Shown here: positions 26,237 through 35,691 of the stretch, one piece after another
Position numbering within the stretch: position 1 is the stretch's first letter
How the letters are laid out: each line of letters opens with the position of its first letter
From: Patescibacteria group bacterium
Lineage (GTDB): Bacteria; Patescibacteriota; Patescibacteriia; UBA10025
Direction of reading: 5' to 3'
DNA length: 64,000 bases
Assembly (NCBI GenBank): GCA_041671025.1
Contig: JBAZCI010000002.1
Span: 3,801-67,800 of the forward strand
Made by a program: the position numbers and the translations under genes
Notes under the pieces: generated by a model
The model's input: the letters and a program-made list of their open reading frames with translations, nothing else
What the model was told of the DNA's origin: nothing
The model's database searches: none

Positions 26237-27772
26237 CTAATTATCCAATTCTTTCACCATATACGTATTCTCCTGACGATACCCCATCTTACGGTAATAC
26301 TCACGTACACCGACGCCCGAAATGACCGACAGCTTTGCCCGTCCGTTTTCTGAAGCGATACGTTCGGCTTCTTTCATCAATTGTTTGCCAAACCCGATAT
26401 GCTGGACGGCCGAATCGTCCGAACCGACAGGTATCATCTGACCGTACGTGTGCAATTCCCTGACAAACGCCGTAGTTTCATCCGGCGGCAGATGGAGTCG
26501 GACAAACGCAAATATCGTTGATTCGTCTTCTGTTTCCATGCTGATAAAATATTCGGTGCCGCCAGAAGACGGATATGAACGCACTTTTATAACCGCCGTG
26601 GCGGCATCTACATCCTTGCTCCTTGACTCTCTGCACCGTATGCACCGACATGATATGCCCTGCTCCTGAAGCATCTGACGAAGGTTTGTTACGAGATTGC
26701 CGTCGATAATGTCATTACCCGGAATATCGCGGATAAGCCGGTTGATACGCACATACGGCGGAATGCGGCGTTTAATTTCAATCAGCAGGTTGCGCAAAGT
26801 TTCATCGTCATACGGCACATACTTCCCGGCCTTCCACCAATGATAAAGGATGGAGCTTTGAACAACGACAGTCGGATAGATTTTTAACATGTCCGGCTGA
26901 AACCGTTCATCGGTAAAGAGGGCGTCAAATGTTTCCAGATCGCTTGCGGGCGTAGCACCCGGCAGACCGGGCATAATATGAAACGTAAATTTGAATCCGA
27001 ACTTTTTTAACAGCCGGGTCGCATGCATCATACTCTCAACGGTGTCATCGCGCTTGATCAGATCGAGCACCGCCTGATCGAGCGTCTGGACGCCGATTTG
27101 CACGTGGGTACACCCGAGCAGGCGCATCCGCCATAATTCTTCTTCGGTGACATAATCGGGACGGGTTTCAAGCGTCACACCGATAATCCGCCGTTCTGCT
27201 GTTTCATTCATTTTATGCGCTTCTCCGAGCGTCGCGCTGTCGACACCGTTTGCCGCATCAAAGCACCGTTTAATAAACCATTCTTGATATGCTTTTTCAT
27301 AAAATGACCATGTCCCTCCCAAGACAATCAGTTCGATCTTGTCGGCAGTGTGCCCATTGCCTTCCAAAGTTTCGATCCGGCTTTTTGTCTGCTTATACGG
27401 ATCAAACGCGTTACCGAGCGCTCGTGCAGCGGCCGGCTCGGAGGCAATATAGCTTTTTGGCATGTTGCGTTCGGTCGGACAGTACACGCATCTGCCCGGA
27501 CACGGATACGGTTTTGTAAGCACGGTAATAGGTGCAACACCGGAGAGCGTACGAATGGACCGCTTACGTAAAAGCCGCACCAGCTTCTCATCCCCGGTTG
27601 TCCCGGTGTCTTTGAGGAATTGCCGATACTCACCCAACAGGGTAGTATGGGAGCTGATCGGCCTGCCGTATTTCTTTGCTAACACGCGCTGAAGCCGATG
27701 GAGTTCATCCATCGTTTGCGGCCGCGCCTCATGCAAATCGCGCGCTAATTCCAGAGTGTTTACTTGATCCAT
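26237..27772 (-). CDS. elp3: Elp3-family radical SAM / GNAT acetyltransferase (tRNA wobble uridine cm5U-type modification enzyme)
   Basis: Radical-SAM cluster region YPCPGRCVYCPTERNMPKSYI, an Elp3-type central domain and a C-terminal GNAT (VQHIGFGKQLMKEAERIA...YYRKMGYRQENTYMVKEL). Start placed at MDQVNTLELARDL (511 aa), because the longer track ORF adds a non-conserved 65-aa extension. Confidence 0.85.
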   Translation of the reverse strand: MDQVNTLELARDLHEARPQTMDELHRLQRVLAKKYGRPISSHTTLLGEYRQFLKDTGTTGDEKLVRLLRKRSIRTLSGVAPITVLTKPYPCPGRCVYCPTERNMPKSYIASEPAAARALGNAFDPYKQTKSRIETLEGNGHTADKIELIVLGGTWSFYEKAYQEWFIKRCFDAANGVDSATLGEAHKMNETAERRIIGVTLETRPDYVTEEELWRMRLLGCTHVQIGVQTLDQAVLDLIKRDDTVESMMHATRLLKKFGFKFTFHIMPGLPGATPASDLETFDALFTDERFQPDMLKIYPTVVVQSSILYHWWKAGKYVPYDDETLRNLLIEIKRRIPPYVRINRLIRDIPGNDIIDGNLVTNLRQMLQEQGISCRCIRCRESRSKDVDAATAVIKVRSYPSSGGTEYFISMETEDESTIFAFVRLHLPPDETTAFVRELHTYGQMIPVGSDDSAVQHIGFGKQLMKEAERIASENGRAKLSVISGVGVREYYRKMGYRQENTYMVKELDN

Positions 27773-28511
27773 GGATACACAATACGCTGATAAAATATTG
27801 AACGAGGTTGCCCGCGGATACGATGCCCTCGCAGGTTCATTTGATGAGAGCCGTACCGCCCTGTGGGAAGAGCAGAAATTTTTCCTGCCGTATGTCTCCG
27901 AACACGCCAATATCCTGGATGTCGGTTGCGGAAACGGCCGATTGCTGAAGCTTTTTGAAGGCCGCACGCTCTCCTATACGGGTACAGATAATAATGCCAA
28001 GCTTGTCCAAAAGGCACAAGAGTACGCAAAGCAGTACCCCGCAATCACGACTCAATTTGTTATTGCCGATATGCGGTCGCTCCCCTTGTCGGATCGCACA
28101 TTTGACCGGGTATTTTGCATCGCGGCTCTTCATCATATCCCATCGCACACATACCAACTCGCCGCACTCAAGGAAATGCACCGCGTCCTCCAGCCCGGAG
28201 GGATATTGTGTATGACCAACTGGAATCTCCACATGCAGGAGCGCTACGTGAAAAAGCGGCAAAAGCTTGCCGTACAGCATCCCGACTGGTTTGACGGACT
28301 TTCAGACCGGGATTTCCTCATTTCCTGGAAATGGCACATCGGAAATCAGACTGTGTACCGATACTACTACTCATTTGCTGAAGATGAACTTGCCCAGTTG
28401 CTCGCTGAGGCAGGATTTAAAACTATTCGCCAGGAATTTTCAGAAGGCGGAGTGAGCTGGAGTAAAGAACGTACTAAGCGAAACGTTGTTACAGTCGCGC
28501 AAAAGAATTAG
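27771..28511 (+). CDS. Trm9/ALKBH8-type class I SAM-dependent methyltransferase
   Basis: ILDVGCGNGRLL (motif I), FDRVFCIAALHHIPS...LQPGGILCMTNW, DFLISWKW, VYRYYYSFAEDELAQLL and a C-terminal VVTVAQK. As far as I recall the yeast Trm9 sequence, these blocks are collinear with it. Confidence 0.75.
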   Translation: MDTQYADKILNEVARGYDALAGSFDESRTALWEEQKFFLPYVSEHANILDVGCGNGRLLKLFEGRTLSYTGTDNNAKLVQKAQEYAKQYPAITTQFVIADMRSLPLSDRTFDRVFCIAALHHIPSHTYQLAALKEMHRVLQPGGILCMTNWNLHMQERYVKKRQKLAVQHPDWFDGLSDRDFLISWKWHIGNQTVYRYYYSFAEDELAQLLAEAGFKTIRQEFSEGGVSWSKERTKRNVVTVAQKN

Positions 28512-28530
28512 TCCAAACCGCACCTGTATC

Positions 28531-29517
28531 TCAGACTGAGAGTATTTCAGATTTTTTTTCCGTACCATACAGCTCCGGGAAAAAAGTCATCAACCCGGAG
28601 GGAATAACCAGAAACGCAAGCGGGAGCAAGATGCGCGTTTCATACGGCCATCCCATGATAAAATTTAGCACGGTATACAGAACAATATACGGTGCGGCCC
28701 TCCGTAAAAAGAGAGGTTTTTGGCGTAGTTGTATAAACGGTACAATCCAAAAAACGCCGAAAAGCGGAATAAAATATATAAAGAAATTTGTCACCGGATT
28801 AAAACTCAATACGTTTTTCAATGTAGATATGTTGTACGTGAGCTGCCAGAGAGATGAATTGGTTCCGTCAAAAAACATATGCCGGGACAGGTAAAAAGCG
28901 CCCGCCCACACCGCGACAAGCACGCAAGTTTCTAACACTGTTCTTACCACTCGCTGTTTACTCCATTGATACAGCGCATACATTGGAATAATGAAGGCGA
29001 TCGTCTCTTTGGCAAACGTACCTGCAAATAGGACGGGAAGCGTCCACCATACTTTTTTTTCCCGTATCAGCCACACCCCGGCAAGAAAAAAAGGGTACAG
29101 TACGACATCCGATTCCTGCAGATACGGCAAAAAAGTGATAGGCGTAAAAGCCGCCAACAGGACGACACCGAATGCAGCACCGGCATATCTGAACCATTTC
29201 AATAAAAAGAGGTGGAACATGCAGAACAGGATAAATGTAAATACAAAGCGTACCATGAGATACGCGACATATATCGGCTGATTAAACGGTCCGTCAAACG
29301 CTTCCGCGAGCCACGGGGCGAGCAAGCGAAATTGATTCGAAGTATCCGATTGTCCCGCCATAATCTGCGCGTGCCAATCCTCCCATCTTTCAGGGATTTG
29401 TTCCGCATGCGTAAAGAAATAGACTCCTGTAACCGACCAGGCCAGGAAAAAATATAACAGTACGATGAGGATAATTTTTTTGGTTTCACCCATATATTCC
29501 TGATACCAGTGTAGCAT
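28531..29517 (-). CDS. Hypothetical polytopic membrane protein (about 9 TM)
   Basis: 328 aa, hydrophobic throughout. It resembles large membrane glycosyltransferase or O-antigen-polymerase-like proteins only in topology. Start uncertain (alternative MGETKK at 29493). Confidence 0.6.
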   Translation of the reverse strand: MLHWYQEYMGETKKIILIVLLYFFLAWSVTGVYFFTHAEQIPERWEDWHAQIMAGQSDTSNQFRLLAPWLAEAFDGPFNQPIYVAYLMVRFVFTFILFCMFHLFLLKWFRYAGAAFGVVLLAAFTPITFLPYLQESDVVLYPFFLAGVWLIREKKVWWTLPVLFAGTFAKETIAFIIPMYALYQWSKQRVVRTVLETCVLVAVWAGAFYLSRHMFFDGTNSSLWQLTYNISTLKNVLSFNPVTNFFIYFIPLFGVFWIVPFIQLRQKPLFLRRAAPYIVLYTVLNFIMGWPYETRILLPLAFLVIPSGLMTFFPELYGTEKKSEILSV

Positions 29518-29601
29518 ACCGTGCAGATTTTTTTGTCCAAAACATCAGTTGAAAACCGCCTATAGATATGGTAGAATATACTCATATTAATCATATATTT
29601 T

Positions 29602-30732
29602 ATGAAAAAACTTCTCGCTATTTTTTTATCCATCGGTCTCTTTTTGCCGGGGCTTGCCTTCGCTGCAGAAACGGCACAAAAGAACGTTATCATCACGGCC
29701 GACGACATAGTTGATCATAATTACTACAACGCGGCAAACAGTATCGCGATCGATGGGACAGTTAATGGCGACGTCATCGTGGTTGCAGAAACCATTATTG
29801 TGAATGGCGACGTAGCCGGAGATGTCATCGCCGCAGGGAAAACAATTAAAATCGCGGGTACGGTCGCAGGAAATGTCCGTGCAGCCGGCTCCTCTATTGA
29901 TATCACGGGTGCAGTGGGAAAGAACGCCAACCTGTTTGCAAGCGACATCACCATCGACTCCGATGCAACCATCGGCTGGAGCTTGATGACCGGAGCCGCA
30001 ACGACTGATATTGGCGGAACTGTTTCCGGAAACATTGATGCATATGGCGGAGACGTCACTCTCTCAGGCACCGCAAAAAATGATATTACTGTTTCGCTTG
30101 ACGATATGAGCATACTGACAGTCGGTGCAGATGCGCGTGTTGCCGGAGATTTGAAATATACCGGTAAAACAACCGCGACAATTCACTCCGATGCGGTAGT
30201 TGTAGGAGCAACCACCCATACGCTTCCCTCGCAAACTACTACAAAAGCAAAGGACCTGCTTCATACCTGGTGGCTCTACTGGCAGCTGATCAGTCTCCTC
30301 GGCCTGCTCTTTGTCGGCATCATTGCTATCTCCCTCTTCCCTGCTCTGCTTCATAAGCTTAACCGCACTATCCGGGAACGCACTGCCGGGGTTGCGGTGT
30401 CAGGCATGCTCGCATTCTTACTCACGCCGCTTGCTGTCATCATTCTGTTCATGACAATTATCGGCATCCCGTTGGCGCTCATACTTGGAACACTCTACGT
30501 TCTCGCCCTGTACATATCAAAAATTGTCATCGGTATCTACATCGGAACCTTCCTGGTGAATAAGATGCGAAAAACGGCATCACCGTCGCTGTTTTGGCCC
30601 CTGATGCTTGGCACAACAATTGTGTTCGTTCTCACCAGCATCCCGGTCGTCGGCTGGCTTCTGGGAATTGTAGCCGCAGTCTGGGGTATGGGCGCGATTA
30701 TCGATACGATGCGTCCGCACACTGCTCAATAA
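29602..30732 (+). CDS. Secreted beta-helix-repeat (bactofilin/polymer-forming-like) protein with a C-terminal 4-TM anchor
   Basis: Signal peptide MKKLLAIFLSIGLFLPGLAFA. Repeated G-x-V-x-G-D/N-V/I units (TVNGDVIVVAETIIVNGDVAGDVIAAGKTIKIAGTVAGNVRAAG...) and a hydrophobic C-terminal third. Confidence 0.6.
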   Translation: MKKLLAIFLSIGLFLPGLAFAAETAQKNVIITADDIVDHNYYNAANSIAIDGTVNGDVIVVAETIIVNGDVAGDVIAAGKTIKIAGTVAGNVRAAGSSIDITGAVGKNANLFASDITIDSDATIGWSLMTGAATTDIGGTVSGNIDAYGGDVTLSGTAKNDITVSLDDMSILTVGADARVAGDLKYTGKTTATIHSDAVVVGATTHTLPSQTTTKAKDLLHTWWLYWQLISLLGLLFVGIIAISLFPALLHKLNRTIRERTAGVAVSGMLAFLLTPLAVIILFMTIIGIPLALILGTLYVLALYISKIVIGIYIGTFLVNKMRKTASPSLFWPLMLGTTIVFVLTSIPVVGWLLGIVAAVWGMGAIIDTMRPHTAQ

Positions 30733-30749
30733 TTTCTTCATTACACACT

Positions 30750-32954
30750 ATGCCAATGACCTTCTCAACATCCGAAGAACGAAACAACCACATTGAATCG
30801 TTAAAAAAAGAATACTTCGCCTCAATTGAACATATTACTCCGGAAACAGTAAAAAAGGGGGGCTTCTTCAACCTGGATGAACCGGGAGAAATATCGATCA
30901 CCCTCACAAAAGAAATGGTTGAAACGTATGAGCTGGAGAAATGGCTTGCCAACTATAAAAAAGAGGCTCAGCATTCGACCGGCGGTATCCGCGGACCCCA
31001 AAACGTCCTCTACTACTGGGACCATAGGTTCCCCATCAATCAACTAGGTGTCGCGCTCGCAACTCTGGGCAAGAGCCTGGTTCTCAAAGATACCATCACC
31101 GATCGGGAAATTCATAAGGCGGTGTCGGGCGAGGTTCGATACAATACAAAAAAATATATTGAACTCATTTCCCGCATCCACGCGGCACAGGGTATTTACA
31201 CGCATCAAACCCCCGAAAATCAGACAACGGCCATTTGGCTCGTTTCATTCCTTATCTTCATGAATGACTACGACGGGGGAGAATTTGTCACCTCAAGCCA
31301 CGCAATCAGCAGTAAGACGGCGACAAAGGACCTGGAAAGCCAGGGAAGCCAATTTTTACCCGAAATGTCCCTGGCATTTATTGCAAAGATTGAGGACATT
31401 ATCCGCCAGGCAAAAGAGTCACCCGAGGGATACACCATCAAGCTCGCTCCCCGAAAAAATGCATTCACCGTATCCGATCTCGGCGCCATCGAAGGCTACG
31501 CCGACTACCTGCGAAACGGCATCGCAACGGAACAAAATATTAAACTTATCCAGGACGCGACAGCCCAAGGGATGCGGCTCATGTACGAAACAGTGGGCGG
31601 ATGCATGCACCGGACCATGGTGCCGCTCCTAAAAAACTTCGGCATTCTCGAAGCGTTCGAATGGAATAACCCCGACGAAGATCCTTTTTTTCACGGAGTG
31701 GGCAAAACACATAAGCTCAATCCTAAAACAGGCAAGGAAGAATTCTTTGACCTCTCCTGCGACGCATGTCTCCCTGAAGTGGTTGAGACTATGGGGTACC
31801 CGCTATCACTCATAGACAAGCCGCTTGGATATGTCATTCTGATTACTGACCCTGACGGCGACCGTCTCGTCGTGGGACAGGTCGACACCGCTGACCACAT
31901 CCCGTTGATGGAGGAACTCGGCATCGGGTACATCAGACTTTCTGAAGATAAGATCGTAGCCGTCTATCACCCTACATTCTCTTTCCTGATGATCATGGAT
32001 TTTTACATGAAACAGCTTCGCGCTGCCGGAAAATGGGATTCGCATCCCCGCTTTATGATTAATACAACCCCTTCCTCTCGCGCGTGGGATGAATGGGCTA
32101 AAACGCACGGCGTGCACATTCTCAGCGTACCGGTAGGGTTCAAAGAGATTGCCACAATACTGAAAAAGGTGGAAAAGAAACTTTTTGCCCACCCCGATCA
32201 ACCGGTCGTTGTCAATGACATATGGAGAAATGACATCAATATCGGCGTTGACCCGCGATTGATTTTTGCCGGCGAAGAAAGCGGCGGCATGATCATCGGC
32301 CCCGAAGATCCCATTACCACGCGCGGCGGACGCCGGGCACTCGCCATGCGGGAAAAGAGCGCAGGAGAAGCGTCTATTATCGCCTCCGCGCTTGCTGCAC
32401 ACCTCCACCTCAATAAGAAATCCCTCGCAGAGTACCTGCAGGAAATATTCACCGAATGCAAAACGCGGTTTACCTTTTACGAACGCGCCGATATCACCTA
32501 CTACAATGAGAGCGAACCGGATCCCGCAAAGCTTCTCGCGGAGAAATCTGCAGGAGAAACGTTGCGCGACACCATTGACCTCTACTACTTGGGGCTCGCG
32601 TTGGGTCTGAAGGAAGGTCTGGTGAATATCGGAGATATCCGGCAAATTCTCAGCGAAGCGATGCCAACGCTTGATTTTTCCACACTGACAGATGTCCGTT
32701 TCACCGGAGACGCAACCTACATCGAATTTGACGGCATGTTTGTGCAAATCAGAAAATCCGGTACCGACGCCAAGCTTCGCGGGTATAGCAACGGTGAGGA
32801 TAAGAAGAAATGTCTCACGTACCTCGATACGATGGTGCATTACAACGGTGCTCATACTAAAACCTACACGGAAAAAATCCCGACGCAGTTTGTGTCGACC
32901 ATCTACGATAAAACAAAACTCCTGTACGACGCCTACCTCTACACAGGGCTGTAA
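30750..32954 (+). CDS. Phosphoglucomutase/phosphomannomutase-superfamily protein, large divergent form
   Basis: Metal-binding loop ITDPDGDRLVVG, sugar-binding GEESGGMIIG and a phosphoserine-loop-like VTSSHAIS (canonical form is T-A-S-H-N-P). Start at MPMTFSTSEE (735 aa). Confidence 0.8.
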   Translation: MPMTFSTSEERNNHIESLKKEYFASIEHITPETVKKGGFFNLDEPGEISITLTKEMVETYELEKWLANYKKEAQHSTGGIRGPQNVLYYWDHRFPINQLGVALATLGKSLVLKDTITDREIHKAVSGEVRYNTKKYIELISRIHAAQGIYTHQTPENQTTAIWLVSFLIFMNDYDGGEFVTSSHAISSKTATKDLESQGSQFLPEMSLAFIAKIEDIIRQAKESPEGYTIKLAPRKNAFTVSDLGAIEGYADYLRNGIATEQNIKLIQDATAQGMRLMYETVGGCMHRTMVPLLKNFGILEAFEWNNPDEDPFFHGVGKTHKLNPKTGKEEFFDLSCDACLPEVVETMGYPLSLIDKPLGYVILITDPDGDRLVVGQVDTADHIPLMEELGIGYIRLSEDKIVAVYHPTFSFLMIMDFYMKQLRAAGKWDSHPRFMINTTPSSRAWDEWAKTHGVHILSVPVGFKEIATILKKVEKKLFAHPDQPVVVNDIWRNDINIGVDPRLIFAGEESGGMIIGPEDPITTRGGRRALAMREKSAGEASIIASALAAHLHLNKKSLAEYLQEIFTECKTRFTFYERADITYYNESEPDPAKLLAEKSAGETLRDTIDLYYLGLALGLKEGLVNIGDIRQILSEAMPTLDFSTLTDVRFTGDATYIEFDGMFVQIRKSGTDAKLRGYSNGEDKKKCLTYLDTMVHYNGAHTKTYTEKIPTQFVSTIYDKTKLLYDAYLYTGL

Positions 32955-32956
32955 CC

Positions 32957-33619
32957 ATGGAAAAGTCCGGTGTAATCATCTTCGACCTGGACGGAGTACT
33001 GGTCAATTCAGAACCGTTGTGGGAAAAAGCGGGCATGCTGTACTTGCGCCGTCATGGCGTTCGCACGACATCAAAAGCATATCGAACAATGACCAACCGC
33101 TACTTCCGCGGCGCCGGCGTTTTAGCGATTAATCGATTTATTAAAAAAACATTTAAAATCGCTCAATCCGGACCTGAGATGTATGCAGAAAAAATACGCA
33201 TCACCATGGACGTCCTCAACAAAGAACTACGCCCGATGCCTTTTGCTTTGCAAACCATCAAGCGACTTGCAAAAATACATAGACTTGCCCTCGTGTCCTC
33301 CGGTCCCTTGGCGACCATGAACATCGCGCTTAAAAAGCTCCCGGTGAGAAAATACTTTTCTCTAATTATGACCGGAGAGGATGTCAAAACCGCAAAACCA
33401 AATCCGACCATCTTTCTCAAAGCGGCCAAGCGCCTCCGCGTGCGACCGGCATCGTGCGTCGTGATTGAAGACTCTGTCGCGGGAGTAACAGCGGCAAAGC
33501 GTGCAGGCATGCTTTGCATCGTGCTCAAAACCAAGTATACTCTTCCTGTCCAGCTACAACATGCTGACGACAGTATTACGCGCTTATCCGAACTTCCTCA
33601 CTTATTACACACATTATGA
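32957..33619 (+). CDS. HAD-superfamily hydrolase, beta-phosphoglucomutase-like subfamily IA
   Basis: Motif I IIFDLDGVLVNSE, motif II LVSSGP and motif IV VVIEDSVAGVTAAKRAGM. Confidence 0.85.
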   Translation: MEKSGVIIFDLDGVLVNSEPLWEKAGMLYLRRHGVRTTSKAYRTMTNRYFRGAGVLAINRFIKKTFKIAQSGPEMYAEKIRITMDVLNKELRPMPFALQTIKRLAKIHRLALVSSGPLATMNIALKKLPVRKYFSLIMTGEDVKTAKPNPTIFLKAAKRLRVRPASCVVIEDSVAGVTAAKRAGMLCIVLKTKYTLPVQLQHADDSITRLSELPHLLHTL

Positions 33620-34407
33620 TCGGCATTTTTGATTCAGGAGTCGGAGGACTCACCGTCGTCAAAGAGGTTCTCCGTCAAATACCCCAATACCAGACCGTCT
33701 ATTTTGGCGACACCGCACGGGCGCCTTACGGCAACAAAAGCCCCGAGCTTATCACCGCATACGCCATCCAAAATGTGGAGTTTTTGATTTCAAAAGGCGC
33801 CAATCTGATTATCATGGGCTGTAACACTGCGTCTGCCGTTGCCACCGACGCAGTGAAAAAGCGATTTCCCCATGTTCCGATTTTTGACGTTATTACGCCA
33901 GCAATCAAAAAAGCGCTGGCAACCACGGTAACGAAGCGTGTCGGGATCATTGGAACAAACGCCACGATTACCAGCAATGTTTACCCCTCGCTTATTCATG
34001 AGCAGGAGAAGCATGTTGAAGTGCTCCAACAGGCGTGTCCCCTGCTCGTACCGCTCGTCGAAGAAAACTGGGTATCAAAGCCCGAAACCACCATGATTGT
34101 ACGACGATATCTGACAGGTCTTAAAGCGCGGTCGCTCGATACGCTGATCCTCGGATGCACGCACTACCCCCTCCTGCGTCAGATCATTCAGAGAAAAGTG
34201 GGTAAAAAAGTCCGCATCGTCGACCCGGCCGATGAAACAGTCAAAGGCGTCAAGCATTTTATTGAGACTCATCCTGAAATTGATCAGACATTAACCAAGG
34301 ACAGCCGGCACGTTTTTTACTTTAGCGACCTGACCCCAAAGGTCCGCGACATTTCGTACCGCTGGCTCGGTCAGCATATTGAGATGAAAAAGGAACAGTC
34401 TGGATAA
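33616..34407 (+). CDS. murI: Glutamate racemase
   Basis: IGIFDSGVGGLTV, IIMGCNTAS and LILGCTHYP (the two catalytic Cys motifs). Confidence 0.92.
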   Translation: MIGIFDSGVGGLTVVKEVLRQIPQYQTVYFGDTARAPYGNKSPELITAYAIQNVEFLISKGANLIIMGCNTASAVATDAVKKRFPHVPIFDVITPAIKKALATTVTKRVGIIGTNATITSNVYPSLIHEQEKHVEVLQQACPLLVPLVEENWVSKPETTMIVRRYLTGLKARSLDTLILGCTHYPLLRQIIQRKVGKKVRIVDPADETVKGVKHFIETHPEIDQTLTKDSRHVFYFSDLTPKVRDISYRWLGQHIEMKKEQSG

Positions 34408-34410
34408 CGT

Positions 34411-35622
34411 ATGAACCGCAAAATCCTTTCTTTGCGCGCCCAATCAACGCCGCCTTCCCCCATACGGAAGCTGACTTCGACTGCCCAGAAAACGTTACGC
34501 CGGGGAATTAAGATCTACGGATTAAACATCGGCCAGCCCGACGGTCCCGCACCGCGCGCATTCAGCGATCAAATTAATACCATGTCCCACGAAAACATAC
34601 CGTATGCCCCATCGGCCGGATACGAGGACGTGCGTAAAGCCTGGTCGCGATATTACCGATCTCATCATATGCCTTTCAATGCCGAAGATATCCTCGTCAC
34701 AAACGGCGGAAGCGAGGCTATTACATTTGCATTTACCGCAATCTGTGATCCCGGTGATGAAATTATTGTTTTTGAACCCCTGTACCCAAACTATATTTCT
34801 TTTGCCGCCCAGCTGAACATCAAGCTCATTCCTATATCAACTACCCTTTCCTCAGGATTTCACCTTCCCGCTGAAAAAGATATTGTAAAAAAAATAAGTT
34901 CCCGCACGCGCGCAATTATTGTGTGCAATCCGAATAATCCTACGGGCACCGTCTACACCCGTACAGAACTCGCCCGAGTAGCACGTATCGCACGGCGTTA
35001 TTCGCTTTTTGTTATCGCCGACGAAACATACCGAGAGTTTGTATTTACAAAAGCATCGCATGTCAGCATGGCGTCTTTTCCTGCTATCCGCCAACGACTC
35101 ATCGTTGTCGATAGTGTATCAAAACGATTTAATTTATGCGGCGCCCGCGTAGGATGTCTGGCGACAAAAAACAAGAGCATACTTAACGCGACACTCACGT
35201 TCGCCCAGGCGCGTCTCTCCGCGACTACACTTGAACAGCGGGCAATCATTCCTTTGCTTGTGAAACCTACTGCCTATGTACGCCACGCGCGGTACCACTA
35301 CAAAAAAAGGCGGGACGCCCTCATCAAGGCCCTTGCCCATATCCCCGGATGTACCTACTACATCCCGGAAGGAGCATTTTATATTCAGGTTGCACTTCCG
35401 GTCGACAGTACCGAGCGGTTCTGCCAATGGATGATCGAACGTTTTCACGTGAATCGAACTACGGTACTACTCGCACCGGGATCCGGTTTTTACGCGACTC
35501 CCGGTAAAGGGACCCGTGAAGTGCGTATCGCTTTTGTTCTTCCGGCAGAGGAGCTCGCCCATGCGGTAACCATTTTAAAAAAAGGCATCGAAGTATACAA
35601 TCGTATACCCCGTCCATCCTGA
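34411..35622 (+). CDS. Pyridoxal-phosphate-dependent aminotransferase, class I (aspartate-aminotransferase-like)
   Basis: VCNPNNPTGTVYT and the PLP-lysine motif SVSKRFNLCGARVG. Confidence 0.88.
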   Translation: MNRKILSLRAQSTPPSPIRKLTSTAQKTLRRGIKIYGLNIGQPDGPAPRAFSDQINTMSHENIPYAPSAGYEDVRKAWSRYYRSHHMPFNAEDILVTNGGSEAITFAFTAICDPGDEIIVFEPLYPNYISFAAQLNIKLIPISTTLSSGFHLPAEKDIVKKISSRTRAIIVCNPNNPTGTVYTRTELARVARIARRYSLFVIADETYREFVFTKASHVSMASFPAIRQRLIVVDSVSKRFNLCGARVGCLATKNKSILNATLTFAQARLSATTLEQRAIIPLLVKPTAYVRHARYHYKKRRDALIKALAHIPGCTYYIPEGAFYIQVALPVDSTERFCQWMIERFHVNRTTVLLAPGSGFYATPGKGTREVRIAFVLPAEELAHAVTILKKGIEVYNRIPRPS

Positions 35623-35691
35623 TCTCATGTTCATCCATATACTTAATACGCCCTTCAGATGAAGGGCGTATTTTTTAACAACGACTACTTT

